DNA of 64,000 nucleotides from Cyclobacterium sp. (GCF_014762705.1 NZ_JABURL010000049.1:621-64620), one strand, 5' to 3'; positions 38,513 to 47,870 are shown, counted from the stretch's first letter. Notes: generated by a model from the sequence alone, not told the origin. Numbers and translations: made by a program.

Positions 38513-41500
38513 ATGGTCCAACCCAATATAAACTTCATAAAACGAAACTTAACGCTATTTATCCTGTTATTCATTTCATTTTTTGCTTTTCAATGTGGCC
38601 CTGAAGGCCCTAAATTGGATTTGAATAAAGGAGACCACATCATCTTAATCGGAAACAATCTTGGATCCAGAATGATGAATTATGGTCATTTTGAAACAGA
38701 AATGCACGTTCGCTACCCGGATTCCTTATTGTATATCCGGAACATGAGTGATGCAGGCGATACACCAGGTTTCAGGCCTCATTCAGGCAGGGTGTCTCCC
38801 TGGGCTTTTCCCGGTGCGGAGGAGTTTCAGGATGAATTGGCCACCAAATCCGGTAGCGAGGGTCATTTTGAATCCCCTGATGAATGGATAAAAAATCACG
38901 AGGCAGACATCATCATTGCTTTTTTTGGCTACAATGAATCTTTTCAGGGAGAAGAAGGGCTGGAGAATTATAAAAATGAGCTGGAGGCTTTTATCAACCA
39001 TACCCAAAATACCATTTATAATGGTGAGGCAGCTCCGCAACTGGCTCTGGTATCGCCCATTGCCTTTGAGAACTTAAGTGCAGACTATGATCTTCCAAAT
39101 GGAGAAAAGGAAAACCAAAACCTGGAAATGTACACCCAGGCCATGAAAGAAGTGGCTGAGGCCAATCAGGTTTTGTTTGTCGATGCTTTCGAACCCTCAC
39201 AATCCTGGTATGCATCAACGGATGATTACCTGACCATAGATGGGTTTCAGCTTACCGAGGAGGGGTATAAAAAGTTTTCCCAGTTCCTGACGGATAAGGT
39301 TTTTGGTAAAGATGATTCCATTGCGGAAGATAGGAGAGCCGCCATCCATGCCGCCGTATTGGAAAAAAACTGGATGTGGCACAATGACTATAAAATCCCC
39401 AATGGAGTGCACGTGTTTGGAAGGAGGTACAACCCCTTTGGACCGGATAATTATCCTTACGAATTAAAAAAGATCCGTCAAATGACGGATAACAGAGACC
39501 AGGCCATCTGGAATGTGAGCCAGGGGGAATCGTTTGACCTTGCAGCTGCTGACGAGAACACCATCGAGCTGCCTCAGGTGGAAACGAATTACAACCCGGA
39601 GAAAAATGGTGATTTGGAATACCTTTACGGGGAAGAGGCCCTGGAAAAATTTGAAGTGGCCGAAGGCTATAAAGTGGAACTGTTCGCTTCCGAGTCGGAA
39701 TTTCCCGACCTGGCCAACCCTGTGCAAATGACCTTTGATACCAAAGGCAGACTTTGGGTGGCTGTAATGCCCAGCTATCCGCATTACAAACCTGGAGACC
39801 CCAAACCCAACGATAAGATACTTATCCTTGAAGATACCAATAACGATGGCAAAGCAGATAAGCAAATTGTATTTGCGGATAGCCTTCACTTGCCTATTGG
39901 GATGGAAATTGCTGAGGAAGGCGTTTATTTGTCGCAGGGTACAAACCTCATCATACTCCGGGACAAGGACGGAGACGATTATGCCGAGGAGCGTGAAATC
40001 CTGCTCAGCGGATTTGACGACCACGATACGCACCACAACATTTCTGCCTTTGTGGCCGATCCATCAGGAGCCATCTACATGGGTGAAGGCGTGTTTTTAC
40101 ATACCAACGTAGAAACCCCCTACGGACCGGTTCGAGCGACCAATGGTGGTTTTTATCGATACAATCCCACCAGGAAGCACCTGGAAAGAACTGCTCAATT
40201 GCCTATTCCCAATCCTTGGGGTATTGCTTTTGACGATTGGGGGCAGAATTTCTTTGCAGAGACCTCCGGACCAGACGTTCGTTGGATGATGCCAGGATCT
40301 ATCAAACCCAGATATGGCGAAGGTACCCACAAAGGACCCAACCTGATAGAAGATGCCCACCGTGTTCGACCAACTTCAGGCCTTGAATTTGTCTCCAGCA
40401 GGCATTTTCCGGAAGAAGTTCAGGGAGACCTGCTGATCAACAATACCATTGGGTTTCTGGGGATGAAGATGCATAAAATGATGGAAGATGGTACTGGCTA
40501 TGACAGCGAACACCGGGTTGACCTGATACGCAGCGATGACAGAAACTTCCGTCCGGTAGATATGGAATTCGCTCCGGATGGTTCCCTGTATTTTGTAGAT
40601 TGGCACAATATCCTGGTAGGCCACATGCAACACAATGCGCGTGATCCATTGAGAGATCATGTACATGGTAGGATTTACAGGATTACTTACCCCTCGAGGC
40701 CTTTGGTCAGCCCTCCAAAAATTGACGGAGCAAGCGTTGAAACCTTATTGGACAATTTGAAACTACCCGAATTCCGGGCCAGGTACCGCACCCGTGCCGA
40801 ATTGCGTGGTCGGGACAAAGGAGAGGTGCTGGACAAAATGCAGCAGTGGATCGCTAACCTGGATGCCAATGATCCCCGCTACGAACACCACCTGCTTGAA
40901 GCACTTTGGGTGAGTTGGGGTTTGAATCAGGTAAATCAGGATTTGATGAAAACCCTGTTTGCTTCTGATGACCACAGGGTAAGGGCAGCAGTAGCCAGAA
41001 TTCTTCGCTATACCGGTCATCAGGTACCTGATCAGGTAGAAATGCTGAAAAAAGCAGCTGCAGACCCCCACGGAAGGGTTCGGCTGGAAGCCATTGTGGC
41101 CGCCTCCTGGCTGGACAAAGAAGATGGCCTGGCCATATTGGAAGTAGCCGATGAGCATCCGAAAGATATGTGGATGCAAAAGCCCTTTGAAACCGCTTTG
41201 GCACACCTCAACGGCATGTCTGTGACCAATATGGTGGTTAATGCAGATGGCAGTATCGTCTTTCAGGAAGCCCCACAAGAAGAGAAACCATCCAACAGCC
41301 GCTTAAAGGGAGAGGAATTGACGCTTTTTCAAATGGGTAAAGCCATCTACAGCAGGGAAGGTTTCTGTATTACCTGCCATCAGCCTGATGGTAAGGGGCT
41401 GAGTGCTTCCGGTTTTCCGCCGCTGGCTGGCACCAAATGGGTAAATGGAAGCGAAGAACGCCTGGTAAAAATCATTCTCAACGGCTTAATGGGCCCCATC

Positions 41501-41734
41501 GAAGTGCTAGGTAAAGAATATCCCGGTCAGGTTCCAATGACTCCTTATGCAGGTATGCTCAATGACAAAGAAGTGGCCGCTGTGGCAACGTATGTGAGGA
41601 ATAGCTTTGGCAACGAATCTTCCCCTATCAAACCCGAAAAAGTGGCTGAGGTACGGGAAGCTACCAAAGCAAAACAAGGATTCTATTCGCCGGCGGAATT
41701 GCTGCAAGAGCATCCCATGGAAGCGGGAGAATAA
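38513..41734 (+). CDS. PVC-type haem-binding CxxCH protein (SGNH-like N-domain, beta-propeller/HEAT region, C-terminal cytochrome c)
   Basis: Lipobox FFAFQC, a large middle region with HEAT-like repeats (RVRAAVARIL, GRVRLEAI), and C-terminal CITCHQPDGKG. The ATG at 38513 is chosen over the TTG at 38471. Confidence 0.7.
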   Translation: MVQPNINFIKRNLTLFILLFISFFAFQCGPEGPKLDLNKGDHIILIGNNLGSRMMNYGHFETEMHVRYPDSLLYIRNMSDAGDTPGFRPHSGRVSPWAFPGAEEFQDELATKSGSEGHFESPDEWIKNHEADIIIAFFGYNESFQGEEGLENYKNELEAFINHTQNTIYNGEAAPQLALVSPIAFENLSADYDLPNGEKENQNLEMYTQAMKEVAEANQVLFVDAFEPSQSWYASTDDYLTIDGFQLTEEGYKKFSQFLTDKVFGKDDSIAEDRRAAIHAAVLEKNWMWHNDYKIPNGVHVFGRRYNPFGPDNYPYELKKIRQMTDNRDQAIWNVSQGESFDLAAADENTIELPQVETNYNPEKNGDLEYLYGEEALEKFEVAEGYKVELFASESEFPDLANPVQMTFDTKGRLWVAVMPSYPHYKPGDPKPNDKILILEDTNNDGKADKQIVFADSLHLPIGMEIAEEGVYLSQGTNLIILRDKDGDDYAEEREILLSGFDDHDTHHNISAFVADPSGAIYMGEGVFLHTNVETPYGPVRATNGGFYRYNPTRKHLERTAQLPIPNPWGIAFDDWGQNFFAETSGPDVRWMMPGSIKPRYGEGTHKGPNLIEDAHRVRPTSGLEFVSSRHFPEEVQGDLLINNTIGFLGMKMHKMMEDGTGYDSEHRVDLIRSDDRNFRPVDMEFAPDGSLYFVDWHNILVGHMQHNARDPLRDHVHGRIYRITYPSRPLVSPPKIDGASVETLLDNLKLPEFRARYRTRAELRGRDKGEVLDKMQQWIANLDANDPRYEHHLLEALWVSWGLNQVNQDLMKTLFASDDHRVRAAVARILRYTGHQVPDQVEMLKKAAADPHGRVRLEAIVAASWLDKEDGLAILEVADEHPKDMWMQKPFETALAHLNGMSVTNMVVNADGSIVFQEAPQEEKPSNSRLKGEELTLFQMGKAIYSREGFCITCHQPDGKGLSASGFPPLAGTKWVNGSEERLVKIILNGLMGPIEVLGKEYPGQVPMTPYAGMLNDKEVAAVATYVRNSFGNESSPIKPEKVAEVREATKAKQGFYSPAELLQEHPMEAGE

Positions 41735-41762
41735 CAAAAAATAAATAAGAAGAAGTAATAAA

Positions 41763-41798
41763 CTGCCAGCCTATTAAAATGAGCTGGCAGTTTTTTTT
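41763..41798 (+). terminator. rho-independent terminator
   Basis: CTGCCAGC (41763-41770) pairs with GCTGGCAG (41783-41790), followed by T8. Confidence 0.8.
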
Positions 41799-41863
41799 GA
41801 GTTAACCGAGGGTTGCAAAATCAAACTTTTCCAAAGTTTAGAACTTTGGAAAAGTTAAACCCA

Positions 41864-42523
41864 TTACAACAAACCGGAATAAGACAGGCTTATGGGAATC
41901 CTGTGTTCCCTGATCTGCACCTGGTGTTTCTCAATCTTTTCAACTCGGTTTTTATTGACCAAAAAAGAACGGTGAGTCCGGACAAAAAAGGAGGGAAGCA
42001 ACTTTTCCAGTTCCTTGAATGTCATTCGGGAAATTATTTTTTCTTCTTCGAGGTGGAGGGTAACGTAATTTCCTGTGGCTTCGCCATAAAGCAGTTCCGA
42101 AAAATTGACCCGGATTTGTCCTTCAGCAGTTTTAATAAACACAGATCCCTCCAATGCTTCCGGCTGCAATTGCTTCCAGTCCCTGGCTTTCTGACAGGCC
42201 TGCAAAAAGCGGCTCAGGGAAAAAGGCTTCAGCAAATAATCCAGGGCATTGAGTTCAAATCCCTTGACAGCATATTCGGAATAGGCCGTAGTAAAAACAA
42301 CCATGGTTTCTTTATTCAACATAGCGGCAAGATCTATCCCCGAAAGGTCCGGCATGTTGATATCCAGAAAAACCAGGTCAACAGGTTGGTTTTTCTGGTA
42401 TTCAAAGCCCTGAATGGCATCGAAAAATAGGGCTTGCAATTCCAAAAAGGGTACTTTGGCAGCATGAGATTTGATGACCTCCAGGGCCATGTGTTCGTCG
42501 TCTATTGCGATTGCTGTGAGCAT
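41864..42523 (-). CDS. LytR/AlgR family response regulator (receiver + LytTR DNA-binding domain)
   Basis: Receiver motifs (IAIDDE, VFLDINMP) and a C-terminal LytTR pattern (FVRTHRSFLVN). Confidence 0.85.
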   Translation of the reverse strand: MLTAIAIDDEHMALEVIKSHAAKVPFLELQALFFDAIQGFEYQKNQPVDLVFLDINMPDLSGIDLAAMLNKETMVVFTTAYSEYAVKGFELNALDYLLKPFSLSRFLQACQKARDWKQLQPEALEGSVFIKTAEGQIRVNFSELLYGEATGNYVTLHLEEEKIISRMTFKELEKLLPSFFVRTHRSFLVNKNRVEKIEKHQVQIREHRIPISLSYSGLL

Positions 42524-42524
42524 A

Positions 42525-43670
42525 TCAGTTAGGTTTCAATTGGTGCAACAACAATACGGAGCCTTCGTTTTCAAAGTGCCTGATTACTTCAACCGGATAT
42601 TTTTCCGGCCGGGAATCTGACGCAAATGATATGGGTTCTATCAAAGTTACCACTTCACCGGAAGGAGTAACTGCTGTAGGGAGAATTAACGAACCAATAT
42701 GAAGGCTGGAAAAGTCAATTTTTTTGGCATGCAACTGCTTGGTCGTTAAGTTAACTGAAAATGTCCAAATATCATTCTTGGTGCTGACTATTAAGCCAAA
42801 TACCATATTGTTGGCAACTTTAACAGGCAATTGAAGATACCGGTAGTCCAGGCCATTTTCTTTCAACTCATTTTTAAGCATTAAATCGTTTACGACATGT
42901 TCTGGTAATTTTTTGTCACCAAAGTCAATTAAAATTTGTTGCTCCAGTTTTCCTGCATTGGAAAAAAGACGGATTGTATCGTCAGGAGGTCTATTGTATA
43001 CCAAATATCCAGAAGCTTCAGACAATAGTCCTGCATGGTAATATACATTCGCGTTTTCGCCGGTAGCTGCATAGCCAAAATAAAGACTGTCTTGCTGAAA
43101 GGCATAATCAAAATTTCCCACCTTGGGATAATTCGCAATGGCCTCATTTTGATTATCTTTGTTAATGGCGATTAGCCAACCGGTTTCCGTTTCTATAAAA
43201 CCTCCCGCATTTACAGGAATGGAAATATTTTTTATCCAATTTCCTTCCGGAGAATAAACAACGATTTTATTTTCAAGTGCATCTAAAACCAAAACTTCTC
43301 CGTTAGACCGCACCTGGAAATCTTTTATACCATTTATTTGGTTGGGACCCTCACCAAAGTCTCCAATCTTAAGGACAAAGATTCCCTCCTCATCAAAAAC
43401 CAATACACCTGAGTTATTCAGATGATCAAAAAGGTAAAAGTGATTATTTTTTGCCAATAACTTATCTACCCTCTTAAACAAAGCCTCCTCTTCTATACTC
43501 AATAGGATGTAATGTTGTTTCTCGACGAAATCCTGTATGTCCATTGGTACTGCTTCATCAAATGAAAAGACCGCTACATTTGATAATTCGGATCGATTTT
43601 TTGAACCCTGGCAAGAGGCTAGCCCTATCCATAAGCAGATCAGGTATAGAAATTGTAGTTGATGCTTCAT
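42525..43670 (-). CDS. 6-bladed beta-propeller lipoprotein
   Basis: Lipobox (GLASC) and repeated hydrophobic-Gly beta-blade pattern. It is wedged between the kinase and regulator genes, with a 1-nt gap to the regulator. Confidence 0.55.
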   Translation of the reverse strand: MKHQLQFLYLICLWIGLASCQGSKNRSELSNVAVFSFDEAVPMDIQDFVEKQHYILLSIEEEALFKRVDKLLAKNNHFYLFDHLNNSGVLVFDEEGIFVLKIGDFGEGPNQINGIKDFQVRSNGEVLVLDALENKIVVYSPEGNWIKNISIPVNAGGFIETETGWLIAINKDNQNEAIANYPKVGNFDYAFQQDSLYFGYAATGENANVYYHAGLLSEASGYLVYNRPPDDTIRLFSNAGKLEQQILIDFGDKKLPEHVVNDLMLKNELKENGLDYRYLQLPVKVANNMVFGLIVSTKNDIWTFSVNLTTKQLHAKKIDFSSLHIGSLILPTAVTPSGEVVTLIEPISFASDSRPEKYPVEVIRHFENEGSVLLLHQLKPN

Positions 43671-43766
43671 TTCATGTGTTTATAATTTGCTTTTTAATAG
43701 GCCACATGGAATCTCGCAATGATCATCATTCCTCTTTCTGTCGCCTCCGACATGCTCGATTTCAGG

Positions 43767-45182
43767 TTAGTCTATTTGGACAGAAAAATGAACAAAATAT
43801 TCCGTATCATTGGCAATGATATTTAATTTATGGGTATTAGGATACAATGCTTGCAAGCGTTTGTGCACATTGTCCAACCCAATACCTGATTCATCGGAAG
43901 GATCTTTCTGGGCTTTTGGGGGGTGAATGGAATTGACCACATCCAGGTGCACAGAACCGGTAAGGCAGCGCAGGTTGATCCGTATCCAGGACTTGTTTTT
44001 CGTGCTGATACCATGTTTGAAAGCATTTTCAACAAAAGGGATCAACAGCATGGGTGCAATATTACCCTCACAATGATCTTCATTCAATTTAATGCTAATT
44101 TCCAGATTATCTTCATTTTTAAAACGTAACATTTGAAGGTCCAGGTAGTTGCGCAGGTATTCAATTTCCCTTCGCAAAGGGATTTTATCCATTTGGTTTT
44201 CATGCAGCATAAAGCGCATCATGTCTCCCAGCTTTTGGATCCCATCTGAGGTTCTTTCTGCGTTTTCCATTAAAGCCGTACCATAAAGCGTGTTTAGGGC
44301 ATTGAACAAAAAATGGGGGTTGATCTGAGATTTGAGGAAGCTTAAGTTGGCAGATCCCTTTTCTACCTCATGACTAAGGCTTTGGATTTTGCCGACCATG
44401 CCAAAATACTTTTCAAAAGCCATGTCGGAGAGGGGGAGGGCCACCAATTGAATAACCAAGCCTGTTCCCAAACCGAGAAAAACCAAACCAGCTTCCTGGT
44501 CCATAAGTCCTGCAAATAAAAGAAAACCAGGAAAGACCAGGATTAACAGGATATTGAACCAAAGAGCAGCACGCTGGGATCCCCGCAACCGCTTTCGATA
44601 GATCAAAAAGTAATTGTACAAGACCACTAAAATGGAGGCTGGAAGAAAAAGAGCCAGTACCACTGAAATATTTCGTGAAACCAAAAAGTCAAATTGGAAT
44701 AGAAACAGGACCACAAAGAAGAAAATGCTGCACAATCTCAATAAGTTATAGGTGAGATAGTCCTCCATTTTGGGAGGTAAAAATACTTGCTTTAACAACA
44801 ATACCCAGATTAGATAGCCCCCGTACAAGGCCATGATAGAAAAATAAAAAGGCGTAAAGGGAGGCTTGGTAATTCCCGTTCCAGCAGAAAATAAGGTAAC
44901 AAGAACATATGAGAGGATAAATACCAGCGAGCTATAGCCGATAAATGCTCCTTTACGTTCATCCTTTTGGTAGCGGGGTATCAGGACCCGGTGCATCAGG
45001 TAAAATGCCAGAAACAGGATAATCGGAATCACCACCTTGGCAAAATTGGCGGAAGGGGGGCCATGGGAGAACTGATGGTTCATGCTACCGATACTGAGTA
45101 TATTTACCAATACGATGATCAAAAACACAAATGTGACGATCCACCACTCAATTTCCGGAAATGCCAATGGTTTGTTTTTCAT
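43767..45182 (-). CDS. LytS-type sensor histidine kinase (membrane, His_kinase/HATPase)
   Basis: Multi-TM N-terminal half, the QINPHFLFNALN H-box of the LytS/YehU class, and C-terminal GIGLDNV ATPase motifs. Confidence 0.85.
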   Translation of the reverse strand: MKNKPLAFPEIEWWIVTFVFLIIVLVNILSIGSMNHQFSHGPPSANFAKVVIPIILFLAFYLMHRVLIPRYQKDERKGAFIGYSSLVFILSYVLVTLFSAGTGITKPPFTPFYFSIMALYGGYLIWVLLLKQVFLPPKMEDYLTYNLLRLCSIFFFVVLFLFQFDFLVSRNISVVLALFLPASILVVLYNYFLIYRKRLRGSQRAALWFNILLILVFPGFLLFAGLMDQEAGLVFLGLGTGLVIQLVALPLSDMAFEKYFGMVGKIQSLSHEVEKGSANLSFLKSQINPHFLFNALNTLYGTALMENAERTSDGIQKLGDMMRFMLHENQMDKIPLRREIEYLRNYLDLQMLRFKNEDNLEISIKLNEDHCEGNIAPMLLIPFVENAFKHGISTKNKSWIRINLRCLTGSVHLDVVNSIHPPKAQKDPSDESGIGLDNVHKRLQALYPNTHKLNIIANDTEYFVHFSVQID

Positions 45183-45721
45183 GATGTATTAAATTTAAAA
45201 ATTAAAATTTATTCCGAATATCCGGAACTCAGTTTGAATAGGGATTTTTTGATTCGTCGCTTCACATTCACCGCAAGTCAAATAGATATTGTATAACAAA
45301 CCGGCGAGGATCAGCGCAATATAGGTTCTCTTTGTAGCTTTGCTCATGGCGATTGTCAAGGTTATGGTATTTGGCCATTTTTTTCTGCCCGGTATACGGA
45401 AGCAATAATCATCACACAAGAATAAACCGCTTTGGACCATCAATCAAATTTATGTGACGAAATGGGGGAAAGGAGGGATGGAAATTGAGGGGTTAATTAT
45501 TTATGGTAGGTAATCGATCTAACTCATTTAAAACTTACTTGTATTCTTTAGTTGGTTTTAAGCGGTAAATATGATTTTTCAAGTTTGAACGGAGCTTAAT
45601 TTTACAAAAATTTAGAGCCTGACAAATATTGACTCTGGGTATAGATCTAATGCTAGTTACAAGTAAATAAGGTCGGTGGCGTAAAAGACTGTACCTATTG
45701 CCAGGACTGAAGGGTCTGAAC

Positions 45722-45750
45722 AAAAATAGCCCTGGGTGTAAACCCAGGGC
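45722..45750 (-). terminator. rho-independent terminator of the metallophosphoesterase gene
   Basis: On the minus strand, GCCCTGGGT pairs with ACCCAGGGC (45729-45750) and is followed by UAUUUUUG. A second hairpin, CAACCCC/GGGGTTG, lies at 45774-45789. Confidence 0.7.
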
Positions 45751-45802
45751 TAGCTAACATCCACCTAATTTGCAACCCCGGAGGGGTTGAACAGCGACCA
45801 AA

Positions 45803-47131
45803 TTAGGGAGTGATCTTTAAGGTCTCCGGATATTCGTCGATGATTTTGCCATTTTCGTTGATCATCAGGAAATGCTGGTGAGGCCCCTGTAGGGTAATGA
45901 TTATGGCAGAGTTTTCCTCGGCGGATTTTGACAGGTACCACACCTCCTCGGGCGTTTTAGGCTTCTTTTTCTCCACTCCCCAGGAGCCATCACCCAGATA
46001 CACAATGCCATTGGGGTGAATGGCGTTGTTTTTTACGGGGTAGCTTCGCTTATAGGTATGGTCGTCATTTTCCAGTGCCACCCGGACCCCGTACTCCTCA
46101 AAGAGCGGGATCCAGTTATCCAACACTTCCTCTGACCAGAATTGAATTCGTTTTCCTCCAGGCGCCACCCGACCTGACGGATAAGCAGGTTTATGGTAAA
46201 CGGGAAGCAGGTGAGGCCGGTCTTGCCTGCTTTGCAGGGTTTTTTCCAGCCAGTCCGTTTGGGTACCGCTGATCAGGTTACTGTGGGAACTGTCCAGGAT
46301 GATCAGGCTCAGGTAATCCCCGATATCCAGCACACCGTAGCCCGGCTGGCCCGGAAAGGCAAAGAGGGGATAGAAAAATGGGGCTTTTTCCAGGCGCATG
46401 GCATCGGTGGGTTCCTCCATTTCGCCCGCTTTCACTTTTGCAATAAAGGCCGGCATGCCCATCTCCGCATCGATCACACTTTCCGATGCCGGGTAATGGT
46501 GATTGATGACATCGTGGTTACCCAGACCTACCACAATGGGGACAACGCGTCCGTCTTCGGTAATCAGCGTTTCCCGGATTCCATCAAACCACTCGTACCA
46601 AAGATCCACATTGTCCTTGTTGCCATTGGCATAGGCCAGATCTCCGCCCCAGACGATAAAATCCAGATCGTATTGCATCACGGCGCGGTTCATCTGGCGA
46701 AATAGCTCTCCGTGAGAGGTATCTCCTCCGGCAGCAAAGCGGAGGGGCCTGTCGCTTTTTGCGGGCAGGGTGCGAAAGGAGTAAATACGCTCAAATTCCC
46801 CTACACGAAATTCATAGTTTGAATTTGGGTTCAAGCCGGTCAACTCGATACGGTGGATTTGACGGTCAGAATGGGGGAATGGAAAGGATTGGGCCTGTGT
46901 CGTCGTCCACTCGGTGGTGCCTTTAGCGCGATAGGAAAGGGTTTTCATTGCTTCGCTCTCCGGAAGAGTATGCCAGTCGATGCTGATGGTAGTAGTGGGA
47001 TCCTGTTGCCAGGTAAGGAGGATAGCAGCAGGTTCTGTCTGGGCGAATGCAGCGGCAGCGGCGAGGCAAACCAACAGGAATTGATAGATTAAAAAGCGTA
47101 ACCAAAGGCTGGAAGTAAAACGGTATTGCAT
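45803..47131 (-). CDS. secreted metallophosphoesterase (purple acid phosphatase-like, FN3 + calcineurin-like domains)
   Basis: Signal peptide, then GDTSH, GGDLAY, GNHD and a distal H motif of calcineurin-like phosphoesterases. Confidence 0.75.
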   Translation of the reverse strand: MQYRFTSSLWLRFLIYQFLLVCLAAAAAFAQTEPAAILLTWQQDPTTTISIDWHTLPESEAMKTLSYRAKGTTEWTTTQAQSFPFPHSDRQIHRIELTGLNPNSNYEFRVGEFERIYSFRTLPAKSDRPLRFAAGGDTSHGELFRQMNRAVMQYDLDFIVWGGDLAYANGNKDNVDLWYEWFDGIRETLITEDGRVVPIVVGLGNHDVINHHYPASESVIDAEMGMPAFIAKVKAGEMEEPTDAMRLEKAPFFYPLFAFPGQPGYGVLDIGDYLSLIILDSSHSNLISGTQTDWLEKTLQSRQDRPHLLPVYHKPAYPSGRVAPGGKRIQFWSEEVLDNWIPLFEEYGVRVALENDDHTYKRSYPVKNNAIHPNGIVYLGDGSWGVEKKKPKTPEEVWYLSKSAEENSAIIITLQGPHQHFLMINENGKIIDEYPETLKITP

Positions 47132-47280
47132 GAATTTGTTGGTTTTTGGTAAATATACCGGAAATGGGTAAAAGTGCCTATACCGTAAAGGTTAAATAGA
47201 ATACATCATAGGAAATTTAAAAACGATTTGCCCATGCAAATCGTTACAATTTTATGTACATTTACATAAAGCACACGATT

Positions 47281-47529
47281 ATGAAAACAATAAAAATGGC
47301 CGAACTGCGTAAATCAATGAAATTGCATCTTGATTTTGTTTCCAGGGATTCCGGTACAATAGTCGTCCCTAGAAAAGCAGGTTTACCTTCAGTTGTATTG
47401 ATTTCAGAGGATGAGTATAATTCCCTTATCGAAACCATTCATCTTATGTCAACAAGAGAGAATAGGAAACGATTAGAAGAGTCAATCCAACAAGATAAAG
47501 AAGGAAAAGCAATTCCATTTGAAACGTGA
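47281..47529 (+). CDS. yefM: type II toxin-antitoxin system Phd/YefM family antitoxin
   Basis: MKTIKMAELRKSMKLHLDFV...VVLISEDEYNSLIETIHLMS..NRKRLEESI is the typical YefM pattern. Its stop overlaps the GTG of the yoeB remnant (GTGA). Confidence 0.85.
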   Translation: MKTIKMAELRKSMKLHLDFVSRDSGTIVVPRKAGLPSVVLISEDEYNSLIETIHLMSTRENRKRLEESIQQDKEGKAIPFET

Positions 47530-47657
47530 ATGTTGAGTTTACACCCCATGGTTGGGAAGATTATCAATTCTGGGTTAAAAACGATCCAGTCCTAACACAA
47601 AAAATTAATACATTAATATCCGTCATTAGAAGGACCCCTTGTAGATTTCACTACTGA
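47526..47657 (+). pseudogene. yoeB: yoeB/Txe toxin remnant with an in-frame internal deletion (43 codons left)
   Basis: Translates to VNVEFTPHGWEDYQFWVKNDPVLTQKINTLISVIRRTP|CRFHY*. The N-terminal ~38 aa align with YoeB up to RRTP, then jump straight to the family's C-terminal C-R-(Y/F)-H-Y stop, so about 40 core codons are missing. Confidence 0.75.
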
Positions 47658-47816
47658 TGTCAAAATATTCAAAGGAAGAATTGTTTCGCACCAATTCAAC
47701 ACCCCAAAAAATCCTGCAAGAATTAAATGACAGGAGGTAGGCTGTTTTTTATATTTAACATAATATAAATTATATAACAAATGGAGGGATTTGCGTTCAG
47801 ACGCAATAGCGGATGA

Positions 47817-47870
47817 TTAACATAAGATCAGTTATAAGAAGCAGTCTTATAACGGCAGATCTTATGTTAA
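47817..47870. repeat. 54-nt nested inverted repeat (13-bp outer and 9-bp inner perfect stems)
   Basis: TTAACATAAGATC (47817-47829) pairs with GATCTTATGTTAA (47858-47870). The inner pair is GTTATAAGA (47831-47839) with TCTTATAAC (47845-47853). A small hairpin TTGCGT/ACGCAA lies at 47791-47806. Confidence 0.85.

Noticed and set aside
38290-38574. 94-aa minus-strand ORF between the DASS transporter and the PVC haem protein
   Set aside because: It is an AT-rich divergent promoter region. The ORF overlaps the start of the 38513 gene, and its sequence looks like translated AT-rich spacer.
39464-40036. 190-aa minus-strand ORF, and other 60-170-aa antisense ORFs, within the 38513..41734 gene
   Set aside because: These lie inside a long, well-supported coding region on the opposite strand and carry no motifs.
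41813-42430. 205-aa plus-strand ORF
   Set aside because: It is entirely antisense to the LytTR response regulator gene, which has clear receiver and LytTR motifs. It also starts inside the terminator region of the upstream gene.
45535-45723. 62-aa minus-strand ORF in the 620-bp spacer
   Set aside because: It has no motif and poor coding character, and it lies directly downstream of a terminator hairpin. It is probably non-coding.
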